Shown here: one piece after another, positions 1-7,530 of the stretch
How positions within the stretch are numbered: the stretch's first letter is position 1
Layout of the letters: each line of letters opens with the position of its first letter
NCBI GenBank assembly: GCA_021792095.1
Contig: JAJYVH010000001.1
Coordinates: 509,324 to 573,323 of the forward strand
Direction of reading: 5' to 3'
DNA length: 64,000 nt
Source of the DNA: Candidatus Micrarchaeota archaeon
GTDB taxonomy: Archaea; Micrarchaeota; Micrarchaeia; Micrarchaeales; CABMGC01
Translations under genes and position numbers: made by a program
The notes under the pieces: model-generated
What the model was told of the DNA's origin: nothing
What the model saw: only the letters and a program-made list of their open reading frames with translations
The model's database searches: none

Positions 1-253
1 CTGCGTTGCTGAGGTAGAACGCCGTTATGTTGGCGGTGTTGTTCTGCAGCAGCCCGAGCCTCTGCGCGAACTGCTGCTGCGCGCTAGCGCCGTGGGAGTG
101 GCCGAGAAGGCCGGAGATTATGCCTATTATGCTGCCCAGCAGGTTGGAAAGGGTGTCAAGCCAAGAGAGCAGCAGTTGGTGCGCGCCTGGCGCGGCCGAA
201 AGGAGCACCAATGACAGGGCTATCGCAGCGAAAGCGCGAAGGGCATTGGCCAT
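1..253 (-). CDS. Partial CDS (N-terminus only, runs off the window start): exported protein of unknown function
   Basis: A minus-strand ATG (253-251) opens MANALRAFAAIALSLVLLSAAPGA..., which looks like a signal peptide, and the frame stays open to position 1. It is absent from the ORF track because it is truncated. The + ORF 27..281 is Cys-rich and looks like its shadow. Confidence 0.4.
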   Translation of the reverse strand, partial: MANALRAFAAIALSLVLLSAAPGAHQLLLSWLDTLSNLLGSIIGIISGLLGHSHGASAQQQFAQRLGLLQNNTANITAFYLSNA

Positions 254-289
254 GCATCTATTCTGTGCGCGTGTTTATTAAAATGCAGG

Positions 290-754
290 TCAGACGTCCA
301 CCAGCACCCTCATGCTGTAGCCCCTTGCAGTCCTTTTCATCTCCAGGCCGTGGGGCGTCACCGCCTTGACGTCCAGCATGAACGGGTCGCCGGCGCTTTT
401 GGCGAAGAGCAGGCGCCCCGCGAGCCTGAGCTCCCTGCCCCTTTCCAGCCTGTCTACCTTGAACGCGTACGCGTGCAGCTTGGTCTTGTCCACTTCGCTG
501 ACTATGCGCTGCAGCGTGTACCACGCCAGGCTGTCGATGCTCTGCGCGCGTTCGGCTATGCGCACCGTCCCGCGCTTTGCACTGGAGCGCATTATAGGGC
601 CTGTGTCTAGCATGATTCCTAGCAGGGCCTCGGCCGCGTTCTCTATCGTCTCCCTGGCGCTCCCGCCGTAGGCCACGAACGCCACGTCGGCCGTGTGCGG
701 CAGGTACCTGTACCTGGCTATCTTCGCGCCGCCCTTCATGCCCCTATTCTGCAT
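290..754 (-). CDS. Archease (RtcB tRNA-ligase activator family)
   Basis: 154 aa with the N-terminal YLPHTADVAF (HTAD) signature. Length and layout are typical of archease. Confidence 0.85.
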   Translation of the reverse strand: MQNRGMKGGAKIARYRYLPHTADVAFVAYGGSARETIENAAEALLGIMLDTGPIMRSSAKRGTVRIAERAQSIDSLAWYTLQRIVSEVDKTKLHAYAFKVDRLERGRELRLAGRLLFAKSAGDPFMLDVKAVTPHGLEMKRTARGYSMRVLVDV

Positions 755-858
755 CTGCTTTATATATTGCTTGACCCATTGTTAAGCGTCCGATGAAGAA
801 CAGAGTAACTGCTGAATTGTGATGAAGTCTATATCGGCTGAGGACGAAGGTAGTTATC

Positions 859-2376
859 GTGCGCTACAACACGGGCGTCGCCGCAGTGCTGCTCCTTGCA
901 AGCATAGTGCTGCTCCTGTCGACTTCGCTGTACATAACGCCGCTCACTGTAAGCGACACGAACCCGGCGAGCTACGTGATAGTGCCGCTGCTGATGCTGC
1001 CCGTGTTCCTGTTCTTCTCGCTCAAGCACAGGCCCGTGCCCGCGCTAGATATGCGGAGCGTGGCGCTCGGCGCAGCCGCGCTGTCCGCCTTCGTGCTCGC
1101 GGCAATAGCCCTTAGGCTGTACTTCTCCTTCCTCTTCGTGTCCTTCAGGATAGACATGCTGCTCATGCCCCTGGCGCTCGTGGGCCTCGTCTCCCTGTTC
1201 TTCGGAGTCGCCAATATCCAGAAGTTCAAGTGGGCGATAGTGTACTCGCTGCTTGCCTCACCTGCCGTGCTCTACGCGCTGATATCGCAGTCCGGCGCCT
1301 TCGCGCAGGCCAATTCGTTCGCTGTCTACGCGCTTCTGAAGCCGCTCGTGCACGGGCTGGGCTATTCCGCGCCCATGACCCTGGTCGCCAACGGCTACAG
1401 CATAGGCATAGGCCAGAGCTGCGTGAGCCTAGGCATATTCGTCTCCCTAGTCCTTTTCCTGATTCCTGTGGCCTATTTCTACGATGGCAGGCTTTCGAGG
1501 AGGGTTCTCTGGCTCGGCTCAGGGCTCGCGCTGCTTCTGGTCCTGAACCTCGCAAGGATGGCCTCTATATCGCTGCTGTGGTTCAGCTACGGGCCTAGCT
1601 CCACGCTCCTGCTGGTCCACCAGTTCGTAGGCACGCTTCTCTTCTACGCCATAATACTGGTGATGGTGCTGACCGCGTTCCTTTTCGGCTTGCGCCTGCC
1701 CGCGCCGTCCAGGGCGAGGCGCGCCAAGCCAAAGTACATGCCCTGGATCCTGGCCGCCTCTGCGGTACTGGCGTTCGCCATCTCTGCCTTCTATGTTTAC
1801 GCCACCCTGAACTATGCCACTGCCCTTTCGATAATGCCCACGAGCGCAGCCAATGCGGTGCCGTTTAACTTCAACAACGCATCGATATCCGCTGCCGTCA
1901 GGGCGACCGTCAACTCCTCCGCCTACCTCACCGCCTTCATAGCGAACCAGAACGGGACCGAGGCGATAGCTGCGTTCACTAACTCCAGCATGAACGCCTC
2001 CAACGCGATACTGGCGCTCTTCGGGGAGCCGAGCGGCAACGTTGTCGCTGGCCTGGCGAGCAACAACAGGCTAGTGGGCCAGATGCGCTTCTTCGGCACC
2101 ACCGGGCTGCAGCAGCAGACGTTCGAGCTCGTATCCAACAGCACGGACTACCTTGTGTACAACATAAACCTGCCGCTGCTGCTCCCGAACGCGTCCAGCA
2201 CTGTGACCGGCGTGTACGTGGTGATACCCGCCAGCGACATGCCCGCAAGCGTCACGTGCAGCAGCTATGACGCATTCTACTCCTACCTGTACAACCTGCC
2301 TCTGCCCGAGAACTACAGCAACGCGACGAGGCAGCGCCTCATAGCAGCAGAGTGCATGGGCAACAGGCTGGTGTAG
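859..2376 (+). CDS. Archaeosortase/exosortase-family membrane protein with a long sequon-rich C-terminal extension
   Basis: The N-terminal half is multi-TM with Cys..Arg..His motifs in family-like spacing (GQSCVSLG, LNLARM, VHQFVG). The C-terminal ~200 aa is rich in N-x-S/T. GTG start. Confidence 0.5.
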   Translation: MRYNTGVAAVLLLASIVLLLSTSLYITPLTVSDTNPASYVIVPLLMLPVFLFFSLKHRPVPALDMRSVALGAAALSAFVLAAIALRLYFSFLFVSFRIDMLLMPLALVGLVSLFFGVANIQKFKWAIVYSLLASPAVLYALISQSGAFAQANSFAVYALLKPLVHGLGYSAPMTLVANGYSIGIGQSCVSLGIFVSLVLFLIPVAYFYDGRLSRRVLWLGSGLALLLVLNLARMASISLLWFSYGPSSTLLLVHQFVGTLLFYAIILVMVLTAFLFGLRLPAPSRARRAKPKYMPWILAASAVLAFAISAFYVYATLNYATALSIMPTSAANAVPFNFNNASISAAVRATVNSSAYLTAFIANQNGTEAIAAFTNSSMNASNAILALFGEPSGNVVAGLASNNRLVGQMRFFGTTGLQQQTFELVSNSTDYLVYNINLPLLLPNASSTVTGVYVVIPASDMPASVTCSSYDAFYSYLYNLPLPENYSNATRQRLIAAECMGNRLV

Positions 2377-2438
2377 CCGCGCGTCTCCGCTGCTGCGCGC
2401 AAAAGTAATAAAGCAGGTGCAAGCATTGTTAGAGTGGA

Positions 2439-2527
2439 GGGCCTGTAGCTTAGCCTGGTTGGAGCGCTCGACTGATAGCCTAACGGCAGACATCGAGAGG
2501 CCGGGAGTTCAAATCTCCCCGGGCCCA
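2439..2527 (+). tRNA. tRNA-Ile (anticodon GAU) with a ~14-nt intron at the canonical 37/38 position
   Basis: Acceptor GGGCCTG pairs with CGGGCCC and the T arm is GGGAG-TTCAAAT-CTCCC. The anticodon stem CTCGA/TCGAG is separated by 21 nt (CTGATA + 14 nt + A). No CCA is encoded. Confidence 0.75.
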
Positions 2528-2536
2528 TCCTGCTGC

Positions 2537-3100
2537 TTACAGCAGGAACAGCGCAAACCTGACCGCCGCGGTTATTACTATCGCAGCTATCCATGTAAGC
2601 ACTACTCCTCCGAACGCGCGCCAAACGCCTATCCTGTGTTGCCTGCCGAGCGAGACTATGAAGACGGCCAGGCTCCACAGCGCTATCACTATCAGGAGGA
2701 GGTCGACGAAGGGTATGAACGCGATCCAGAAGAACAGGAGCATGGGCATCATGCCGTAGGTGACGGCAGTGAACGTCCTCTCGTACGTCCCTTTCCAGAT
2801 ACCGAACACGAACTTGGCGAAGAGCTGGTAGATAAGGGCGTCAACTAGCATGCCTATGGGCACTGCCACAAGCAGGAACAGCGCGCCGAGCACGGCCGCG
2901 ATGAGACCTGCCACGGCTCCGGCTGCTGCGCCGAACGGGATGCCGATGCCGCCAGGTACAGCGCCGAGCAGGCTGCCCGCGAAGTAGCCGACGAAGAAGC
3001 CCACTATTATGGTCAGTATCACTGGCAGTAGGCTTGCCCTGTAGTAGAAGCCAAGCGCCTTTCCCACGCTTAGCGTGGCCTTGGCCCTGCCAGGCTGCAT
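2537..3100 (-). CDS. Yip1-like polytopic membrane protein
   Basis: Gly/Ala-rich TM helices in a Yip1/DUF1282-like layout. The ATG at 3100 was chosen because the longer ORF (to 3445) would overlap the divergent gene 3206..3619. A non-ATG start slightly upstream is possible. Confidence 0.5.
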   Translation of the reverse strand: MQPGRAKATLSVGKALGFYYRASLLPVILTIIVGFFVGYFAGSLLGAVPGGIGIPFGAAAGAVAGLIAAVLGALFLLVAVPIGMLVDALIYQLFAKFVFGIWKGTYERTFTAVTYGMMPMLLFFWIAFIPFVDLLLIVIALWSLAVFIVSLGRQHRIGVWRAFGGVVLTWIAAIVITAAVRFALFLL

Positions 3101-3205
3101 TATAAGTTCAAACGCTTTCTTCGTGTCCCTGAACGTGCATTCACCTGTATTATTGTGCCCTGCGGTGCTTTTAATTGTTGCAGGCGCATCAGATGCGGTG
3201 CGCGC

Positions 3206-3619
3206 ATGCGTTTCATGTGCTGGCATGTTGACTATTTCAGGGCCCGGCCCTCTGACTCCGGAAGGTCTGCCGTGGTGGAGGAGGGGAGGCCCCTGGACGT
3301 AGGGGAGGCGTTGCTCGTGTTCGCCAGCTTCGAGAAGCAGGATGAGAGCGACAGTGCGCGCATAGTGGGCAAGGCGGCCGAGGAGATAGCTGGCATAGCC
3401 TCGCAGCTCAAGGTGCGCTCTATAGTGCTGAACCCGTTCGCGCATCTGTTCGGGGATCTCGCGAGCCCTAAGGCGGCGAGCGGCATGCTCGGCGAGCTAC
3501 AGGCGAAGCTCGCAGCGATGGGCTTCGAGGTCAACAGGCTCGCCTTCGGGATATTCTACGAGATAGAGCTCAAGGCGAAGGGTCACAGGCTGGCTAGGAT
3601 ATCGCGCATCATCTCCTGA
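3206..3619 (+). CDS. Stand-alone threonyl-tRNA synthetase editing-domain protein (archaeal tRNA-Thr-ED / DTD-like fold)
   Basis: MRFMCWHVDYF...LLVFASFEKQDE...LKVRSIVLNPFAHLFGDLASP...FGIFYEIELKAKGHRLARISR is collinear with the N-terminal editing domain of archaeal ThrRS. The start was set at the internal ATG 3206. Confidence 0.7.
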   Translation: MRFMCWHVDYFRARPSDSGRSAVVEEGRPLDVGEALLVFASFEKQDESDSARIVGKAAEEIAGIASQLKVRSIVLNPFAHLFGDLASPKAASGMLGELQAKLAAMGFEVNRLAFGIFYEIELKAKGHRLARISRIIS

Positions 3620-3685
3620 GCCGCAGGTTCCTTTTTTCCAACTAAAACCTAATATGCCTTGGGTTGGAAGTAGCGTATCGGTTGC

Positions 3686-4234
3686 ATGGATGATGTACGG
3701 CACCCGTTGGGCTCTCCCGACAAGGATGGCGCAGTAGGCGGTGCCACTGCAAACAAAGCGGCGGACACAGGCAGAATCGGATCCGCGCCGTCGGAGAATG
3801 CATTTTCCGATGTCAAAAGGGCAGATGGTCAACCAAAATCACTGAGCCCTGCTGCCAAACTCGATCGTTTCGAGGGAGAAGACCTGAGGTTGCATATCCT
3901 CTGGACGTTCAAGGACGAGTACCTTTTCGAGAATGTGGTCGACGGCCTCTGGAAACTAGTTAAAAACATAGAGCCTCTTTTAGCTCAGGGCAAAGAAAGC
4001 GAGCTCCTTTCCGAGCTTAAAGCATCGCTTGAAAGAATAATGCTGACCCGCCAGTACGAGGCGCCGAAAATGAGGACGTTTCACGACATATGGTGGTCGC
4101 TGCACACAGAAATTGTATCGCAGGTCTACGCCGCCGAAGAGGAAAGGGAGAGCCATAGGAGGCAGTGGGACGCGACTGTCGAGGCGTGGGTGCCAAGAAG
4201 GAGCAGTATCGTAAGGGCCCTTCTCCAAGAATGA
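3686..4234 (+). CDS. Hypothetical protein
   Basis: 182-aa ORF at the edge of the AT-richer patch. No motif recognised and the start is uncertain. Confidence 0.35.
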   Translation: MDDVRHPLGSPDKDGAVGGATANKAADTGRIGSAPSENAFSDVKRADGQPKSLSPAAKLDRFEGEDLRLHILWTFKDEYLFENVVDGLWKLVKNIEPLLAQGKESELLSELKASLERIMLTRQYEAPKMRTFHDIWWSLHTEIVSQVYAAEEERESHRRQWDATVEAWVPRRSSIVRALLQE

Positions 4235-4317
4235 GGGGAAGGTTTTTGCCGACTTTGTATCGCCCTCTCTGCGGCGCGCATACCCGGTGCGCCCTGTTGC
4301 CAAATGGACTGGTTCGG

Positions 4318-4692
4318 CTATATTAATTCAGAATTTTCGACATCTTCGAAATCAGAATCCTTTGTAAGTATTTTAAGCCCGTAGGACAAGCCAGTGGCTA
4401 ATATGAAGGAGTCTAGCATGCCCCATTTCTTGTTCCTCTGTTTTCTATTAAAGTTAAGTTTTCCGGCAAGCGCAGAAAGGTCTCTATCCATGTTTATCAC
4501 AATGCTCAGTTTTTCTATTATTCCGAGCAGTAGCTTAGGGTCTCTTTTCTCCTTGAGCGCCCAGTTTGCCGCTTCGGCGATCGAAACAATGCAGGTATAA
4601 CAGGGCTCTTTTCTCAGTACTTCCCTCACCCTGCGTCCCCTGGCGTTCCCTATGAAAAATTCCACCCACGCTGATGTGTCTAGCAGCACCAA
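4318..4692 (-). CDS. vapC: PIN-domain toxin VapC
   Basis: VLLDTSAWVEFF at the N-terminus and ILTKDSDFEDV near the C-terminus give the PIN acidic residues. TTG start. It lies 5 nt downstream of its antitoxin. Confidence 0.85.
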   Translation of the reverse strand: MVLLDTSAWVEFFIGNARGRRVREVLRKEPCYTCIVSIAEAANWALKEKRDPKLLLGIIEKLSIVINMDRDLSALAGKLNFNRKQRNKKWGMLDSFILATGLSYGLKILTKDSDFEDVENSELI

Positions 4693-4697
4693 ATCAG

Positions 4698-4910
4698 CTA
4701 CACCCTGTCGGCGTTAACCCTTCTGAAACCCGCAGCGCCCTTAGCTATCCCAAAACTGTTCTCTATAAGGTCTAGCCGTTTCCTTTTAAGCACAGCTATC
4801 TCTATTTCTTCTCCGTTTCTGATTTTTTCGCTAGCAAGCAGGCGTTTGGGAATTAAAACCCCTAGAGAAGTCCCGATTTTCCTGACTTTGGTCTCGAACA
4901 GCTGTTCCAT
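4698..4910 (-). CDS. vapB: AbrB/SpoVT-type antitoxin VapB
   Basis: 70 aa with the swapped-hairpin motif KVRKIGTSLGVLIPKRLL...GEEIEI. It sits immediately upstream of VapC. Confidence 0.8.
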   Translation of the reverse strand: MEQLFETKVRKIGTSLGVLIPKRLLASEKIRNGEEIEIAVLKRKRLDLIENSFGIAKGAAGFRRVNADRV

Positions 4911-5118
4911 CGCATCACATTATAATATGTTATAATAACTATTTAACTCTTTCCTTGTACCTAAATGATAGTAAGGCCCAGGAGGCTGTTAGCGGGGGCT
5001 GAGGAGGCGTTCTCAAACTGTAGCAATCGTCATACTGTGTATTAATCTGCTTGATTTTAGTATAACAGCGTGGGCGTTTTTGGCGCTTTTCCATGCTTCC
5101 CACAGGTGTTTAGCAAGG

Positions 5119-5126
5119 TTTAAAAG
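5119..5126 (+). promoter_or_regulatory. TATA box (TTTAAAAG) of small-ORF paralog 1
   Basis: GGTTTAAAAGG lies 41 nt upstream of ATG 5160, inside the ~88-nt cassette conserved in all four paralogs. Confidence 0.5.
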
Positions 5127-5159
5127 GCTAACCGGCGAGGTATGGCCAGGTAGTGGAGA

Positions 5160-5339
5160 ATGGGAAGCAAGATAGGTAGCTTCGGTAGGCTGTATGCGAG
5201 CAAAGACAAGGCTGTCTTCGTCTCCAGCCCCAACGATTGCCCTAAAGTGGTCATTTCCGAGTCCAGCGGCAGGCTCAAGGACGACTTCTCCAAGGGCTTC
5301 AGGGCGAGGAAGGCGCTGCTGAAGGCCACTCTTGGCTGA
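5160..5339 (+). CDS. Small protein, 59 aa, subtype B of a 4-member paralog family (unrecognised family)
   Basis: MGSKIGSFGRLYASKDKAVFVSSPNDCPKVVISESSGRLKDDFSKGFRARKALLKATLG. It is below the ORF-track cut-off. It shares frame, promoter and ends with 13197..13376. Confidence 0.65.
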   Translation: MGSKIGSFGRLYASKDKAVFVSSPNDCPKVVISESSGRLKDDFSKGFRARKALLKATLG

Positions 5340-5439
5340 TACGTAACCAGACATAGACAGAACAGATAAATTTGTATTGGCAACTTACACCTAACGTAAC
5401 ACCGTACGTCTGAATAATAGGTGTGGTGTTAAGGATCGT

Positions 5440-5835
5440 CTACCATAAGAATTTATCAATGCTCTTGAGTATCTTAACTTGTTTTCGACCTGCATCACTG
5501 GGTCTTATCGCCATGTGGTACGATATGGTTCCATCCGAATCTACTATCTGCTCTAGCATCCCTTTTATTCTGATTACTTCTGTATCGAAAAATGTAACAC
5601 CACAAATTGGGTCGCCATATATTGTTGTGTGCATCGGTGCGCTTCTCACATCTTCTGGTATTTGGGTTTGAGTACTATTTCCGAACGATTTAGTTGCTTT
5701 GATCTCTCTGACTTTAACTTGTATGGTTGCTGGGTCATAATACAGTGATTTGCTATCGATTACTTCGCCTGTTAGTATGGCGTTTCCGAGCGGGATTATG
5801 TTTTTTACATTTTTGAGGTAGGAAAGAGGTCGCAT
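5440..5835 (-). CDS. Hypothetical protein; the frame stays open 55 codons upstream, back to the Nudix stop codon
   Basis: 131 aa from the first ATG. The upstream 5836..6000 has no in-frame stop and no ATG/GTG/TTG. AT-rich. Confidence 0.4.
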   Translation of the reverse strand: MRPLSYLKNVKNIIPLGNAILTGEVIDSKSLYYDPATIQVKVREIKATKSFGNSTQTQIPEDVRSAPMHTTIYGDPICGVTFFDTEVIRIKGMLEQIVDSDGTISYHMAIRPSDAGRKQVKILKSIDKFLW

Positions 5836-6000
5836 ATCTATAAACGAAAAACAAATCTTGTTTTTCCTAGCGCAATTCCCATTCTGAATGCGATATCGCG
5901 GGAATACAATCTGCCTATGTGATTTCCAAAACGTCTCGCTGTCTACCTCAAATACTACAGGTGAATCTACTATATGAAGTGTATTGTAAGTATCCCCGGC

Positions 6001-6498
6001 CTATTCTACCTGTGTTTCTTTGATCAGTATTTTGAGGAATTTGTCTATACCTTTTGGCACTATTGGTTGCGTATGGTTGAGTAGATCCTTTATAGGAATC
6101 CATCTGTATTCTACAACACGTCCTGTTTCGTCGGCGTATCTTACTGTGCCATTTTTATATAGCTCTTTTTTGCCAAATGTGCCCGAATAAATGAACAGGA
6201 TTTCATGATACTGCTTGCCTTGTGGATCTTGGAAAATATTTTCCAGGGGTCCCAAAAACCTAAGGTTATTTATGGCGGAGTTTAGTTCTTCTTGCATTTC
6301 TCTCCTAATTGTGGTTTCACTGTACTCTCCGAACTCTATGCGGCCGCCAGGAGGTCGCACTGTGTTCTTTTCCACTTCGTTACTTAGGATCCCGTGAACC
6401 AGCAGCTTATTGCCATTAACTGCTAGAAGAAGCGCCTTTGGAGATATGTTCTTGCGTAATTCTTTTACCTCAACACTAGTTTCAGCCATGGACGACAC
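6001..6498 (-). CDS. Nudix hydrolase
   Basis: Nudix box GGRIEFGEYSETTIRREMQEELN (GX5EX7REUXEEXGU). Confidence 0.85.
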   Translation of the reverse strand: MSSMAETSVEVKELRKNISPKALLLAVNGNKLLVHGILSNEVEKNTVRPPGGRIEFGEYSETTIRREMQEELNSAINNLRFLGPLENIFQDPQGKQYHEILFIYSGTFGKKELYKNGTVRYADETGRVVEYRWIPIKDLLNHTQPIVPKGIDKFLKILIKETQVE

Positions 6499-6684
6499 CT
6501 AAAGTACCACAATACTGTATGCTACATACTTTCAGGCTTTAAAAATACTGCTCAGATTGGTTCTTCCAATTCCATTTTTTTATGCTGTTCGTAAAATAAC
6601 GCCTTTTTCATCCCCTTTCCGTGCTAAAACTATGTTAGAAAAAGGTAACATTTCGACGAGTTATGTATAACCCCTGAAGGCGAA

Positions 6685-6757
6685 CGGGGAGGCCGAGATT
6701 TGAACTCGGGTCTTCAGGACCCAAACCTGAAAGCCTGCCAGGCTAGCCTACCTCCCC
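6685..6757 (-). tRNA. tRNA-Pro (anticodon UGG)
   Basis: The reverse complement is GGGGAGG-TA-GGCT..GGCT-T-TCAGG-TTTGGGT-CCTGA-AGAC-CCGAG-TTCAAAT-CTCGG-CCTCCCC-G, a 73-nt cloverleaf with G37. Confidence 0.8.
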
Positions 6758-6828
6758 TCGCTGCGTTCCGCAGTTACTCCGCACTCATTTATATTAAACT
6801 CATCTGGCAGCCAGCAGCATGCGTGTTT

Positions 6829-7257
6829 CTACTGCTTGAACGGATTCGTTATTCTTATGCCTTCTATCCCAGCAAAGCCCTTCCTGTCCTCCGTTAGTAT
6901 TTCCTTGATCCCGTTCTCCTTCATAGTCTGGGCTATTAGGAGGTCCCAGAAACGTGTGCCGTCTCCATCCGTGTGTTGCAGTGCGCCTTCCACAGTCCTG
7001 TGCGTGTAGTTGACCTTTTGCCACTTAGCCGAGTAGATCAGCGCCTTTATTACCACTGCTACCTCGTTCGCAGGCATGATGTGCTTGCTCACGGCAGCGT
7101 TGAAGAATTCACCCAGCACCTGGTTGGATATGACTCCTGCCATCTCCCCTTCGAACACCTTCCTGACTAGCGGTGCGCATGCCATCTGCTTCTCCGGTTC
7201 GGCAGTGCTGTATGCGTAAAGCAGTATGTTGGTATCGAAGAACCTAGCCTCTTTCAT
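6829..7257 (-). CDS. vapC: PIN-domain toxin VapC
   Basis: MKEARFFDTNILLYAY...LIAQTMKENGIKEILTEDRKGF. The start was set at ATG 7257, overlapping the antitoxin stop by 14 nt. Confidence 0.8.
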   Translation of the reverse strand: MKEARFFDTNILLYAYSTAEPEKQMACAPLVRKVFEGEMAGVISNQVLGEFFNAAVSKHIMPANEVAVVIKALIYSAKWQKVNYTHRTVEGALQHTDGDGTRFWDLLIAQTMKENGIKEILTEDRKGFAGIEGIRITNPFKQ

Positions 7258-7498
7258 GCAATTCGTCCCTGTTGAATTTCCACTTTCTCTTTGCATTTAT
7301 TCCTTTTTCGAGGAGCAGGAGCGCCTGCGTTTCCAAGTCCGCGCTGTTTTGCCTGGTCCACGTCCTCATCGCTTCTGTCACAGCCTTGCCCAGGTATCCC
7401 TTTCTTCGGCCGAATTTCCTGCCTGCCTCTTCCCTGAATTCGTGTTCCGTCTCCTCCTCTACGTTTACTGTGATCGTCTTCGACATTTCCTCATTCAT
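7244..7498 (-). CDS. vapB: Ribbon-helix-helix (CopG-like) antitoxin VapB
   Basis: KTITVNVEEETEHEFREEA...GYLGKAVTEAMRTW is a typical archaeal RHH antitoxin, directly upstream of the PIN gene. Confidence 0.7.
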   Translation of the reverse strand: MNEEMSKTITVNVEEETEHEFREEAGRKFGRRKGYLGKAVTEAMRTWTRQNSADLETQALLLLEKGINAKRKWKFNRDELHERG

Positions 7499-7530
7499 AT
7501 TTACATCTTTTACATATTTAAATATTTGCT

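Noticed and set aside
27-281. 84-aa + strand ORF at the window start
   Set aside because: It is Cys-rich and has no signal or motif. The opposite strand encodes a convincing signal-peptide N-terminus co-directional with archease.
3101-3445. N-terminal extension of the Yip1-like ORF
   Set aside because: It would overlap the divergent ThrRS-ED gene start, and its sequence is Arg/His/Pro-rich and non-membrane-like.
6001-6003. Genome-wide TAG recoding (for example pyrrolysine) as the explanation for the in-frame Nudix extension
   Set aside because: TAG ends many confident genes here (859..2376, dinB, L40e, tnpB, 20638..21435), so it is an ordinary stop. Only a local event remains plausible.
3640-6684. 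An att direct repeat of the tRNA-Pro 3' end, and an integrase, that would define a classical integrated element
   Set aside because: I looked through the intergenic stretches near 3620-3690, 4235-4320, 4910-5075 and 5340-5440. I saw no copy of the tRNA 3' segment and no integrase-like ORF, so only a compositional islet is claimed.
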